From Gemmatimonadota bacterium (GTDB lineage Bacteria; Gemmatimonadota; Gemmatimonadetes; JACCXV01; JAHWKZ01), in NCBI GenBank assembly GCA_035687745.1, contig DASRVA010000090.1, forward strand, positions 291 to 64,290: 64,000 bases of DNA, written 5' to 3'. The notes under the pieces were generated by a model, which did not search any database, had not been told where the DNA came from, and saw only the letters and a program-made list of their open reading frames with translations. A program made the position numbers and the translations under genes. Positions 48,375-57,932 of the stretch are shown here, piece after piece (positions within the stretch are counted from its first letter, which is position 1; the number at the start of each line of letters is the position of its first letter).

Positions 48375-49085
48375 ATGCCGCGTACCAGGTTCACCACCTT
48401 CGTCATCTTCAGCGTCGCCCTCGGCATCGCCTGCGAGAGGGCCCCGGCGCCCGAGTCTCCATCGTCCGTCCAGCCGGATCGAGAGCGTCCTCCCGAGCCC
48501 GTGGTGACGTATTCCGGGTCCGATGCCGCGGAAGGCGAGCGCGTTGAGCAGGGTGAGGCGATCCTGGACATCGACGAAGCCCGGCGCCGGCTCCACGCCC
48601 AGCACCATCCCCATACTCCGCTCGAGACGCGCCGGCTGCCGGGGGTCTTTCGGCCCCCGCTCATGGATTCGATAGAGGATTTCGCGGTCTCGAAGGACGA
48701 TCTCGTGGTCATCAACCCCGGTCCCGGGGAGTATGTCCACGTGATGGAAGGACAGCGGCACGGTTACCAGAATCTGACAATCGGGATCACGTACACGGCG
48801 CCTGGGGGTGCGCCGCCCATGCACACACACGTGGGCGAGGAGGCCCACGTCCTGCTCGAGGGCTCGATCCTCTACGCGCTCGGCGACACGACCTTCACCA
48901 TGGAAGCTCCCTACATCGTGAACATCCCTCCCATGACGCCCCACTCGTTCAAGAACTTGGGCGACGACGTGGCCGAGCTCGTCGTCATTTTCCCGACCAA
49001 CGTGTGGGAGTACGACGTCCTGGACTACTTCCCGTTCGCAGATGAGGAGGCAGCGTCAGCGACCCAGCCGGCACCAGCGGAGTGA
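48375..49085 (+). CDS. secreted or lipoprotein cupin-domain protein
   Basis: Signal MPRTRFTTFVIFSVALGIAC; cupin motif HTHVGEEAHVLLEG. Confidence 0.6.
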   Translation: MPRTRFTTFVIFSVALGIACERAPAPESPSSVQPDRERPPEPVVTYSGSDAAEGERVEQGEAILDIDEARRRLHAQHHPHTPLETRRLPGVFRPPLMDSIEDFAVSKDDLVVINPGPGEYVHVMEGQRHGYQNLTIGITYTAPGGAPPMHTHVGEEAHVLLEGSILYALGDTTFTMEAPYIVNIPPMTPHSFKNLGDDVAELVVIFPTNVWEYDVLDYFPFADEEAASATQPAPAE

Positions 49086-49104
49086 GCCGGCCGGGGCGTG
49101 AAGG

Positions 49105-51873
49105 TCATTCCATCCCACGATCTCGCCATAGAAACAACCAGTCGAGCGCCTCCCGAGCGGACATCCCATCGAGGTCGAGCCGTCGGTAGCTCTCCACCAT
49201 GGGATGCGGCTCGGCCTCCCCGAACAACGTCATCTGATCCTGTGAACGCCGTGCCGGCTCAGGCGCCAGGGCACCAGGGGCGAGCGATGGCAGGTGATCC
49301 GGGCTCCACTCCCCCGCCTCGAGGTTGGCGAGGATCTCCCGGGCGCGGCCAACGACGCGGTCCGGCAACCCCGCCAGCCGCCCGACGTGGATTCCGTAGC
49401 TCCGATCCGAAGGCCCGGGGCTGACCCGCTTCACGAACACGATCTCTTCGCCGTACTCCGCGACCTCGACTTTGTAGTTCTTCACCCGCGGCAGGATCGA
49501 CTCCAGCTCCGTGAGCTCGTGGTAGTGAGTCGCGAACACGGTCAGGGGATGGGCCGGCCCTTCGTGCAGCCACTCGCTCACCGCCCAGGCGATCGCCAGC
49601 CCGTCGAATGTCGAGGTCCCGCGTCCGATCTCGTCCAACAACACCAGCGACCGGTCGGTCGCATTGTGCAGGATGTTCGCGGTCTCGATCATCTCGACGA
49701 GAAACGTCGACTGGCCGCGGGCCAAGTTGTCGGAGGCGCCGACCCGGGTGAAGAGCCGGTCCAGGATCCCGAGCCTCGCCTTCTCGGCGGGCACCCACGA
49801 GCCCATCTGCCCGAGGACTGCGATCAACCCGATTTGCCTGAGATACGTCGACTTCCCGCTCATGTTGGGCCCGGTCAGAATCACGACCTGCGTGTCCTCG
49901 CTGTCGAGCCGCGTGTCGTTGGGGACGAACGATTCCCCTTCCAGCCATCTCTCGACGACGGGATGCCGGCCACCCTCGATCGACACACCGACCTCGGCCG
50001 ACATCCGGGGTCGGCTCCAGCCGTTCCGCGCGGCGACGTCTGCCAAAGACGCCAGGACGTCAATCTCGGCCAAGCAATCCGCCGTCGACTGGAGCCGGGC
50101 GGCGTGCTCCCCGACCTGCGACCGGACGAAACCGAACAGCTCGGCTTCGCGCGCCGTGATTCGCTCCTCGGCCCCCAGGATCTCGTTCTCGACCTCCTTG
50201 AGCTCGGGCGTCACGTACCGCTCGCCGGTCGAGATCGTCTGCTTCCGGATCCAGGTCTCGGGGACCTTGGCCATGTGGGTCTTCGTGACCTCGAGGTAGT
50301 AACCGAACACCTTGTTGAAGCCGACCTTGAGGGACGAGATGCCGGTCCGGCGACGCTCGGTCGCCTGGAGCTGGGCGATCCAGTCCTTGCCGTCCCGGCG
50401 GGCGCTCCGGGAGCGGTCGAGCTCGGGGTCGTGGCCCTCGCGGATGACGGGGCCTTCGCCCAGGGCTGCCGGCGGCTCGTCGACGATCGCCTCGTCGATC
50501 AGAGCGACGACCTCGGGATGGCCCACGAGCGACGACGCCAGCACGGCCCAGCGATCACCAGGCGCTTCGTCGGCGCCGTCGAGGACTCCCCGTCCCAGCC
50601 TCCCGATGATCCCCCGCACGACCGGCACGGCACGAAGCGTGTCCGCGAGCGCGACCAGGTCCCGGGGGACGGCGCGCCCCGACGCCGCGCGGCCGGCCAG
50701 CCGCTCCAGGTCGTGCACGCCGTCCAGCGCGCCAAAAAGCTCCTCTCGCGCGACGCCGTCCTCGACCAGCGCCTCGATCGCGAGCTGCCGCTCGACGATC
50801 CGGGCCCGGTCGGTCAATGGCCGCGCCACCCACTGGCGGATCCGCCTGGCGCCTGGCGCCGTCCGCGTCCGGTCGATGACGCCCAGCAGCGTCGCCGCCT
50901 TCCCGCCGTCCCTGAGCGGCTCCAGAATCTCGAGGTTGGCGAGCGTGGCGTCGTCGATCGCCATGTGCTCGGCCCCCACCAGCGGACGAGGGGGCCGCAG
51001 ACTGGCCAGCGCCCCCGGCTGGACCTCCTCGACGTACTTGACGATCGCGCCGCCGGCGCCGATCCCGATCCCGAAGTCGCGGAGCCCGAAGCCGTCCAGG
51101 CCGGAGACGCCGAAGCGGCGGCATAAATCCGCCCGTGCGGTCTCGATCTCGAACCGCCAGCCATCGCGATAGGAGACGGGAAGGTCGGGCCGCCACTCCT
51201 TGACGGAGTCGAGCGCGCGCGGGGCGGCGATCAGGGCGGCCAGGACGCCGACGTCCGGGCCGGCGACGTTACCCCGCCACTCGCGCGGGACCAGGAGCTC
51301 GGCGGGCGAGAGGCGCTTGATCTCGGCCACCACCTGGTCGGGCGCGGGTTCGGCGACCCCGAACTCGCCGGTCGAGCAGTCGATCCAGGCGAGGCCGATC
51401 CGGTCGGCGTCCTGACGGGCCCCGGTGGCACCGCGACCCGCGGGGCGGGGGCCCGTGCCGCGGAGGGCCGCCACGGCCACCAGCCACGTATTCCGCTCTC
51501 TGTCCAGCATCGCCTCGTCGAGCGGCGTCCCCGGGGTCACGACCTCGATCACGCCGCGCTCGACGATCCCTTGAGCCTGCTTGGGATCCTCGAGCTGCTC
51601 GCAGATCGCCACCTTGAACCCCTTCTCGACCAGCTTCTTGACGTAGCCGTCGGCGGCCTTGATGGGGACACCGGCCAGCGGCACCTCGGCCGCCGCGCCG
51701 TTGTTGCGCGAGGTCAGGGTGAGCCCCAGGACCCGCGCGGCGGTGACCGCGTCGTCGTAGAACATCTCGTAGAAGTCCCCCATCCGGAAGAAGAGGATCG
51801 CGTCCAGGTGCTGCGCCTTGATCCCCGAGTACTGGCGCATGAGGGGGGTACCGGATCTGGTCCCGATAGTCAT
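49105..51873 (-). CDS. mutS: DNA mismatch repair protein MutS
   Basis: TPLMRQYSGIKAQHLDAILFFRMGDFYEMF N-terminus; Walker A GPNMSGKST; ST(F)xxE motif. Confidence 0.9.
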   Translation of the reverse strand: MTIGTRSGTPLMRQYSGIKAQHLDAILFFRMGDFYEMFYDDAVTAARVLGLTLTSRNNGAAAEVPLAGVPIKAADGYVKKLVEKGFKVAICEQLEDPKQAQGIVERGVIEVVTPGTPLDEAMLDRERNTWLVAVAALRGTGPRPAGRGATGARQDADRIGLAWIDCSTGEFGVAEPAPDQVVAEIKRLSPAELLVPREWRGNVAGPDVGVLAALIAAPRALDSVKEWRPDLPVSYRDGWRFEIETARADLCRRFGVSGLDGFGLRDFGIGIGAGGAIVKYVEEVQPGALASLRPPRPLVGAEHMAIDDATLANLEILEPLRDGGKAATLLGVIDRTRTAPGARRIRQWVARPLTDRARIVERQLAIEALVEDGVAREELFGALDGVHDLERLAGRAASGRAVPRDLVALADTLRAVPVVRGIIGRLGRGVLDGADEAPGDRWAVLASSLVGHPEVVALIDEAIVDEPPAALGEGPVIREGHDPELDRSRSARRDGKDWIAQLQATERRRTGISSLKVGFNKVFGYYLEVTKTHMAKVPETWIRKQTISTGERYVTPELKEVENEILGAEERITAREAELFGFVRSQVGEHAARLQSTADCLAEIDVLASLADVAARNGWSRPRMSAEVGVSIEGGRHPVVERWLEGESFVPNDTRLDSEDTQVVILTGPNMSGKSTYLRQIGLIAVLGQMGSWVPAEKARLGILDRLFTRVGASDNLARGQSTFLVEMIETANILHNATDRSLVLLDEIGRGTSTFDGLAIAWAVSEWLHEGPAHPLTVFATHYHELTELESILPRVKNYKVEVAEYGEEIVFVKRVSPGPSDRSYGIHVGRLAGLPDRVVGRAREILANLEAGEWSPDHLPSLAPGALAPEPARRSQDQMTLFGEAEPHPMVESYRRLDLDGMSAREALDWLFLWRDRGME

Positions 51874-51965
51874 TCGACTCCACGCAAGGTCTGAAACGTA
51901 GTGGCGGCCGCACTCGTAGAATCCACCATTCCCCTCCGACACCCGCCAGCCACAGGAGAGATTTC

Positions 51966-52781
51966 GTGATCGTTCTGCCGATCGTCCTGGCCAGCACGCT
52001 GGTCTTCGGGCCCGAACCCATCGTAATCACCGCGCCCGACACCCTGATCGACGTGGGCGGCCACGAGCTCCGCATCGAGGTCCGGGAGGGTTCCCGCCCG
52101 ATCACGATCGTGCTCGAGGCGGGAGGCGGCGCCGACGCCTCGGCTTGGGCGACCGTACCCGACTCGCTGGCCCTGCAGACGGGGGCCACCGTCGTGACCT
52201 ACGACCGGCCGGGCCTCGGCGGAAGCGAGGTAGGACCGGTCGACCTCACCCCGGAGGAAGAGATCCGCGACCTGAGCGACGCTCTCGACCGGCTCGGGAC
52301 GCCCGCTCCGAGGATCCTCGTTGGCCACTCCTACGGCGCGATGCTGGCGATCCTCCACGCCGGGCTGTACCCGAGTCAGGTGGTCGGGCTGGTTCTCGTC
52401 GACCCCATGAACCCGGTCTTCGTTCTGGAGACCGGCGACTTCGTCCAATCGACCGTCCCCGACATCGCCGAACCCGCGAACGACCGTGAGCGGGTCGTCG
52501 TCCGGATGAAGCGCACCTTCTCCGACCTGACGGCCCGGACCGCCGGGTTCGAGCCCGCTCTCTCGATCCCGATCATCGTCCTGACCGCGGGCGAACCCTG
52601 GTGGGACTCGGACGAGATCGACCGGGCCTGGCGCCGGAGCCACGAGGTCATCGCCGGACGCTCGTCCGACCGGGAGCTCATGGTGGCCAAGGGCTCGGAC
52701 CACGATGTGCCGGAGGAGCGACCCGACCTGATCGTGGACGCCGTGAACCGGCTCCTGACAACGGTCGACGGGGGCGAGTAG
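51966..52781 (+). CDS. alpha/beta hydrolase
   Basis: GHSYGA nucleophile elbow; 271 aa; GTG start. Confidence 0.7.
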   Translation: MIVLPIVLASTLVFGPEPIVITAPDTLIDVGGHELRIEVREGSRPITIVLEAGGGADASAWATVPDSLALQTGATVVTYDRPGLGGSEVGPVDLTPEEEIRDLSDALDRLGTPAPRILVGHSYGAMLAILHAGLYPSQVVGLVLVDPMNPVFVLETGDFVQSTVPDIAEPANDRERVVVRMKRTFSDLTARTAGFEPALSIPIIVLTAGEPWWDSDEIDRAWRRSHEVIAGRSSDRELMVAKGSDHDVPEERPDLIVDAVNRLLTTVDGGE

Positions 52782-52927
52782 GGCGGTCTTCCGGGTCTTC
52801 GGGGTCACCGGCGATCCTCGCGCGCGGAGGCAGATGAGAGCTCAGGGATGGGAGGTTCGTACGAGCGCGCGTCGAGGGTTGAAGCTAAAGGCTGCGGCCG
52901 ACCCCCGCCAATCCTTCATCCAAGCTG

Positions 52928-52936
52928 TGATATACT
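52928..52936 (+). promoter_or_regulatory. extended -10 promoter element TGaTATACT
   Basis: Lies 76 nt upstream of ATG 53012. Confidence 0.3.
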
Positions 52937-53011
52937 CGGGATCCGGGTCCGCCTACCTGTCGGGAGGACATCTCGGGATCCGGAGGCCCCACACTCGAAG
53001 GGGAGATCGCG

Positions 53012-53557
53012 ATGCGCTCGAAGACCGGTGCAGGCGTGGTGGCCGGGCTGCTCGCCGGCCTCGTGTACGGGATCGTGATGCAGATGGTGACGGTGCCGAT
53101 GCCTGGCGGAGGCGAGGCGCCGATGTCCGGGGGCGGCATGCCGATGCCCGGGGAAGCCGGGATGCCGATGCCAGAGGGAGGCCGGATGCCGATGATGGCG
53201 ATGGTCGCTCAGGTGGTCCGGTCGGATAGCCTCGCCGTCGGCTGGATCTTCCTCCTGTTCACGGGCGCGGTGATGGGGGTGATCTTCGCGTGGGTACTCG
53301 GCGATCGGGCGACCAGAATCGGCGGCGGGCTCGCCTGGGGAGCCCTCTACGGCGTCTTCTGGTGGGTTCTCGGCACGCTCATCCTGATGCCCATCCTTCT
53401 CGGGATGTCGGCGTTCGCGCCACTCACGATGGCGCCGATGCGCCCAGGAGCCATGTGGAGTCTGGCGGCATACCTCCTCTCTGGGCCAATCCTCGGCGCG
53501 GTCTTCGCCGGTCTGCACAGAGAGGTCGCGGCGCCGGGGCCCGCCCCGCGCGCGTAA
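53012..53557 (+). CDS. membrane protein with Met/Pro/Gly-rich periplasmic loop
   Basis: PMPGGGEAPMSGGGMPMPGEAGMPMPEGGRMPMM between TM1 and TM2; four TM helices. Confidence 0.5.
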   Translation: MRSKTGAGVVAGLLAGLVYGIVMQMVTVPMPGGGEAPMSGGGMPMPGEAGMPMPEGGRMPMMAMVAQVVRSDSLAVGWIFLLFTGAVMGVIFAWVLGDRATRIGGGLAWGALYGVFWWVLGTLILMPILLGMSAFAPLTMAPMRPGAMWSLAAYLLSGPILGAVFAGLHREVAAPGPAPRA

Positions 53558-53577
53558 GAAAGGAGTACGGCGAGTTC

Positions 53578-53796
53578 ATGCCCCCGAAACTGACCACGGA
53601 AGAGCTATGGTCCGCGTTTTTGACGGGTCCGCGGTTGGGGAAAGTCATAAAACTCCGCCGTCGGCTGTTCCTGATGTTGCCTGGGACCCACCGGTGCAAG
53701 AACTGTAGTGCCCCCTTTGATCGCCCCGCCGCGTGGCTCATGCCCTTGATAGGTCACGGTCAATACAGGAAGAATCCGCGCTTCTGCAGTTTTTGA
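53578..53796 (+). CDS. zinc-ribbon N-terminal module of a cyclase (CKNC...CSF-stop), terminated by in-frame TGA
   Basis: AAGGAG RBS; CxxC at CKNC, then CSF followed by TGA where the fourth Cys is expected. Confidence 0.5.
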   Translation: MPPKLTTEELWSAFLTGPRLGKVIKLRRRLFLMLPGTHRCKNCSAPFDRPAAWLMPLIGHGQYRKNPRFCSF

Positions 53797-54372
53797 ATGG
53801 CGTTCGCGAAACGGTACCCGGGTGGTGCCGAGCTCGAAATCTCCATGCTCTTCGTCGATGTGCGCGGTTCGACCCGCATAGCGGAGGGGATGAGCCCGGC
53901 AGGCTTCGGTCGACTGATGAACCGCTTCTACAAGGCGGCTACCGACGTCCTCATCCGAACTGATGCCGTCATCGACAAGCTGGTTGGGGACGAGGTGATC
54001 GGTTTGTACCTTCCCATCTTCACGGGGCCGAACCACGCGCGTCCGGCGGTGCTTGCCGCGCAAGAGCTGTTATTGGCGACCGGGCAGGCCGAGGAGGAAG
54101 GGCCCTGGCTTCCAATCGGCATCGGCGTTCATACGGGTGTTGCGTTCGTCGGCACGGTGGGTGGCGCGGAGGATACGGTCAGCGACATCACCGCGCTGGG
54201 CGATAACGTCAACATAACCGCGCGTCTCGCGTCCGTGGCCGGACCGGGCGAGGCCCTGATCAGCGAGGCCGCCTATGCGGCTGGCGGAATGGATCTCGGG
54301 GATCTGGAGTCGCGCCAGCTCGAATTGAAGGGGAAGAGCGAGCCGATCTCGGCTCGAGTGCTGCAAGTCTGA
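53797..54372 (+). CDS. class III adenylate/guanylate cyclase catalytic domain (same frame as the preceding ORF)
   Basis: ATG immediately after the TGA; FVDVRGST, KLVGDEVIG and GDNVNITARLAS cyclase motifs. Confidence 0.7.
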   Translation: MAFAKRYPGGAELEISMLFVDVRGSTRIAEGMSPAGFGRLMNRFYKAATDVLIRTDAVIDKLVGDEVIGLYLPIFTGPNHARPAVLAAQELLLATGQAEEEGPWLPIGIGVHTGVAFVGTVGGAEDTVSDITALGDNVNITARLASVAGPGEALISEAAYAAGGMDLGDLESRQLELKGKSEPISARVLQV

Positions 54373-54408
54373 ATCAATTTCATGCGGTGCAGCAGAGGCC
54401 TGCGGGGC

Positions 54409-55695
54409 CTACTCCCCGCCGATCTGCCCCAGCCACTCCAGGATCACGTCCGGATATCCCCCTACCGTCCGCGGCCATACGTCCCCCGGGCGGCGGACGC
54501 GGAACGTGTGGTCGGCGCCCTCGAAGATCTGCGTCTCGACCGGCGCCCCGTCGCCGATCGCCTGGAGGATTGCGGCCCGGCTGGCCTCGGCCGGCACCCG
54601 CTCGTCCTCCGAGCCATAGACGAGGAGGACCGGCACCCGGATCTGTCCCCACCAGGCGAGCGGATCGAACTCGGCGAAGCGTCGCGAGAAGGCCCAATAG
54701 GAATCGTCCGGCCCGGGGGGCTCGAAGTACCAGTCGTGCCCCTCGGCCAGGGCCGCCGCCACGTCGAGCTCCTCGCGCGGTGCTCCGCGGTACGCCACGT
54801 CCACGATCGCGTCGACGTAGGCCTTCGCCAGCGCCGCCTCGGCCGGCGGCAGCGAGGCGACGCCGATCGCGTTCCCGATGCTGTAGACCTCGACGTCCGC
54901 CATGGGCAGCCCCGCGGCCGCCGACCCGATCACGAAGTCGGCCTGCGACCGCGCCGCCGCGAGCGGCGCAATCGTGCCACCCTGGCTGTGACCGTGGATC
55001 CCGACCCGCTCGGGGTCGATCCCGGGTTGGGTTCGCGCGAAGGCGACCGCCGCCGCGGCATCGGCCGCCAGGTCCTCGAAGGCCGACTCCTGCCAGGAGC
55101 CGGTCGAGCCGCCGACCCCACGCTTGTCCCAGATGAGGGCGGCGAACCCCTCTCGGGCGAGGCGCCGGGCGAGGTAGCGCGACGCCCACCGACCCTCGGC
55201 ACCGGAGCCGTGGAGGAAGACGACCGCGGGGTAGGGGCCGGTACCGAACGGCAGGAGGAGCGTCCCGGCCAGCTCGATGTCTCCGTTCCGGAAACGGACC
55301 TCCCGCTCGCGCAGCGGGAAGGGCGGCTCCGGGGACCGGCGGAAGGCGAACGAGCCGGTGGTCCCGTTCTCGACCAGCCCGCCGCTGAGGAAATGCCCGT
55401 CGACCCGACCCTCGAACTCCGTCGTCGTGGCGTCGCCGACCAGACGCAGGCGGACGACCGGCGGATCGAAGACGACCTCCGTGAACGGGATCCCCACGAC
55501 CCGCAGCCGCTCGGAGTCGAACGTGCCCTTCCAGACGCCGGCCGCGTTCTCGAACCGCATCGTGACGTCGAGGGTGTCCGCATCCCGAATCCAGCTTCCG
55601 ATCCAGGACCCCGCCAGATCCTGTGCCGGAAGGGTGGGCGGCGATCCAGCGAGAAGGGTGAGGCACAGCGCGACCCGCGCGCCTGCGCGAGCCAC
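54409..55695 (-). CDS. secreted alpha/beta hydrolase (S9 / dienelactone-hydrolase-like)
   Basis: GHSQGG nucleophile elbow. Start is uncertain: GTG 55695 before a signal-like VARAGARVALCLTLLAG, or 55836 per the track. Confidence 0.6.
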   Translation of the reverse strand: MARAGARVALCLTLLAGSPPTLPAQDLAGSWIGSWIRDADTLDVTMRFENAAGVWKGTFDSERLRVVGIPFTEVVFDPPVVRLRLVGDATTTEFEGRVDGHFLSGGLVENGTTGSFAFRRSPEPPFPLREREVRFRNGDIELAGTLLLPFGTGPYPAVVFLHGSGAEGRWASRYLARRLAREGFAALIWDKRGVGGSTGSWQESAFEDLAADAAAAVAFARTQPGIDPERVGIHGHSQGGTIAPLAAARSQADFVIGSAAAGLPMADVEVYSIGNAIGVASLPPAEAALAKAYVDAIVDVAYRGAPREELDVAAALAEGHDWYFEPPGPDDSYWAFSRRFAEFDPLAWWGQIRVPVLLVYGSEDERVPAEASRAAILQAIGDGAPVETQIFEGADHTFRVRRPGDVWPRTVGGYPDVILEWLGQIGGE

Positions 55696-55715
55696 GCGGA
55701 CGGATCGGATCGCTC

Positions 55716-56522
55716 TCAGCAGCCCCCCGCCAGCCGCTCGCCGGGCTCGTCCAGGACCGCTGCCGACGGGGCCTGCACGGCGAGGTGCGCGATGATGTCC
55801 CCGACCTCCCGCTCCAGATGGAAGGCCGCCGTGCACTCGGCGCCGATCGCCTCGAGGATCTCGGGGCCCCCGGAGCCGCTCAGGACCCAGTACGGGACGA
55901 GGGCCATCTCCGGCGCCGGCCGGCCCTCCAGGAAGGCCGCCAGATCGCTCGGCGCCGGCTGCGCGTCCCCCAGGTGGAGGACGGTCATGCCGGGCAGCTC
56001 GATCCGGTACCCGACATGGCCGATCTCCGCATGGGCGAGACCGAGCGCCTCCACCGCGAACCCGCCCATGTCGAGCCGGAGGTACGAGCCGGGCGGCAGG
56101 TCGAGCGGCTGGAGGCGTTCCCCGTAGCGCTCGAGCTGATCGGGCTCGAACGCCGCGATGGCGTCCCCGGATGCGATCAAGGAGGCCTCCGGGTTGGCAT
56201 CCAGGTGCCGCGCCACCGCCGCCGGATCGAAGTGGTCGTCGTGGCGGTGGGTAACCAGCACCAGGTCGATGTCCCGGAACCGGCCGACGGCTCCCTCCAG
56301 CGAGTCACGGACGGCCGCCGGGACAGCCGGGTACTCGGGAAGGCCCTCGCCGAACAGCCCGTCGATCACGACCGCGATGTCGCCGCCCGTCACCAGGACC
56401 CCCTCGTTGGCGAGGTACTCGACGGTCGGGCCGGGCTGTAGAGCAGAGATGGGACATGGCGTCGCAACCGACCCCAGGATGAAGAGCAGCGTCCGCTGCG
56501 GGAGAAGGGCCATCACCATCAT
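55716..56522 (-). CDS. MBL-fold metallo-hydrolase, secreted
   Basis: VTHRHDDHFD (HxHxDH); signal peptide MMVMALLPQRTLLFILGSVA. Confidence 0.7.
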   Translation of the reverse strand: MMVMALLPQRTLLFILGSVATPCPISALQPGPTVEYLANEGVLVTGGDIAVVIDGLFGEGLPEYPAVPAAVRDSLEGAVGRFRDIDLVLVTHRHDDHFDPAAVARHLDANPEASLIASGDAIAAFEPDQLERYGERLQPLDLPPGSYLRLDMGGFAVEALGLAHAEIGHVGYRIELPGMTVLHLGDAQPAPSDLAAFLEGRPAPEMALVPYWVLSGSGGPEILEAIGAECTAAFHLEREVGDIIAHLAVQAPSAAVLDEPGERLAGGC

Positions 56523-56586
56523 GCTAGCGTGGACGGCCCGACGACGGGAGATGCTATGTTCTACCCGACCACCCCCGAGGAGGCGC

Positions 56587-57087
56587 ATGACCGCCCGACC
56601 CATCGATCCCGGCGTCACGATCGGCCACATCCACCTGAAAGTGGCGGACCTGGAGCGCGCGCTCGGCTTCTGGCGCGACGTGCTGGGGTTCGAGCTGACC
56701 CAGCGCTACGGCTCCCAGGCGGCCTTCGTCGCCGCGGGCGGCTATCACCACCACATCGGGCTGAACACGTGGGAGAGCCGTGGGGGATCGCCTCCTCCGC
56801 CGGGGACGACGGGACTCTACCACGTCGCGGTCCGCTATCCGTCCCGGAGGGCGCTGGCCGACGCGTTGCGCCGCTTGATCCAGGCCGAGATCGCGCTCGA
56901 CGGCGCGAGCGATCACGGGGTCAGCGAGGCCCTGTATCTGCGTGATCCGGACCAGAACGGCGTCGAGCTCTACTGGGACCGGCCGCGCGACGCGTGGCCT
57001 CGCGACGCCGACGGGGCGATCGCCATGACGACCAAAGCGCTCGACCTGGAAGGCCTGCTCCGGGAAGCGGAGATTCCAGCCTCGTGA
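56587..57087 (+). CDS. VOC-family protein (glyoxalase / extradiol-dioxygenase fold)
   Basis: GAGGAGG RBS; IGHIHLKVADLERALGFW. Confidence 0.7.
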   Translation: MTARPIDPGVTIGHIHLKVADLERALGFWRDVLGFELTQRYGSQAAFVAAGGYHHHIGLNTWESRGGSPPPPGTTGLYHVAVRYPSRRALADALRRLIQAEIALDGASDHGVSEALYLRDPDQNGVELYWDRPRDAWPRDADGAIAMTTKALDLEGLLREAEIPAS

Positions 57088-57866
57088 GGGCATCGATCAC
57101 GTTGACGTGCTTCCTCGGCCTTGCCCTGCCGGCCGTCGGTCAGGCCCAGGAGGAGGACGAGGTCGTCCGACAAGCCTTCGTCCAGGCCTTCGGGAAGAGC
57201 CCGGCGGATTCGCGATCGACGGCGCTCGTTCCGTCACCGGAAATCGACGCCGCCATCACGGCCGGGCGTAGCGCGGTCGCCGCACCGTCCGACCACGCGC
57301 TGCAGGCGGAGTTCACCGAGCATCTCGGCCGGATCATCGACTCCCATGGAACCACGAACATCCATGAGATGCTGTTCGTAGTGTTCAAGGAGTCGGTCGC
57401 CGAGATGCAAGAGGACAAGAAGTACTACCTCGAAAAGCTGGCTCGGATGAACCAGATGGGCGAGGCACTGTCGGCATATCTGGAGGAGCTCGCCGATGCC
57501 AGCCGGCGGCTGGGCGGTATGGAGCGCGGATCGACCGGGCGAGCCTCGAGGACGGTGCCGATCGAGGTCCGAACTTTCGATCCCGTGTGGGTCGAGTCGC
57601 TCGCTCGAGACTCCGGCGACGACCGGTCGATCGTCTGCGACCGCTGCCTGACGACCCGCGAGGCCACCCTCAACGCCGAGCAGATCCAGCGCGAGCAGGA
57701 ATCCGTCCTCGGAGTCCAGCGGCGTCTTCAGGCTGCGCTCCAGGAGGCGGGGATGCGGCGGGCCGAGCTCAAGCTGCGGACGGACGCCGTCGTCCGGATG
57801 CTCGCCGAGGTCCTGCAAACGATCGACAGGGAGCAGGAAAGGAACGCCCGCACAACGACGCCTTGA
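57084..57866 (+). CDS. secreted coiled-coil hypothetical protein
   Basis: GTG overlaps the VOC stop (GTGA); signal VRASITLTCFLGLALPAVGQAQ. Confidence 0.45.
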   Translation: MRASITLTCFLGLALPAVGQAQEEDEVVRQAFVQAFGKSPADSRSTALVPSPEIDAAITAGRSAVAAPSDHALQAEFTEHLGRIIDSHGTTNIHEMLFVVFKESVAEMQEDKKYYLEKLARMNQMGEALSAYLEELADASRRLGGMERGSTGRASRTVPIEVRTFDPVWVESLARDSGDDRSIVCDRCLTTREATLNAEQIQREQESVLGVQRRLQAALQEAGMRRAELKLRTDAVVRMLAEVLQTIDREQERNARTTTP

Positions 57867-57932
57867 CGTCCAGATGTTCCGATGCCTCTCTGCGCCTTCG
57901 AGGACGCCGTCCGGATATCGTTAGACAGCGCC

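Noticed and set aside
53794-53796. Selenocysteine decoding of the TGA in the zinc-ribbon/cyclase gene
   Set aside because: Not asserted. No clear bacterial SECIS hairpin within about 40 nt downstream, and TGA is used as an ordinary stop throughout the window. Kept only as a low-probability alternative in the finding.
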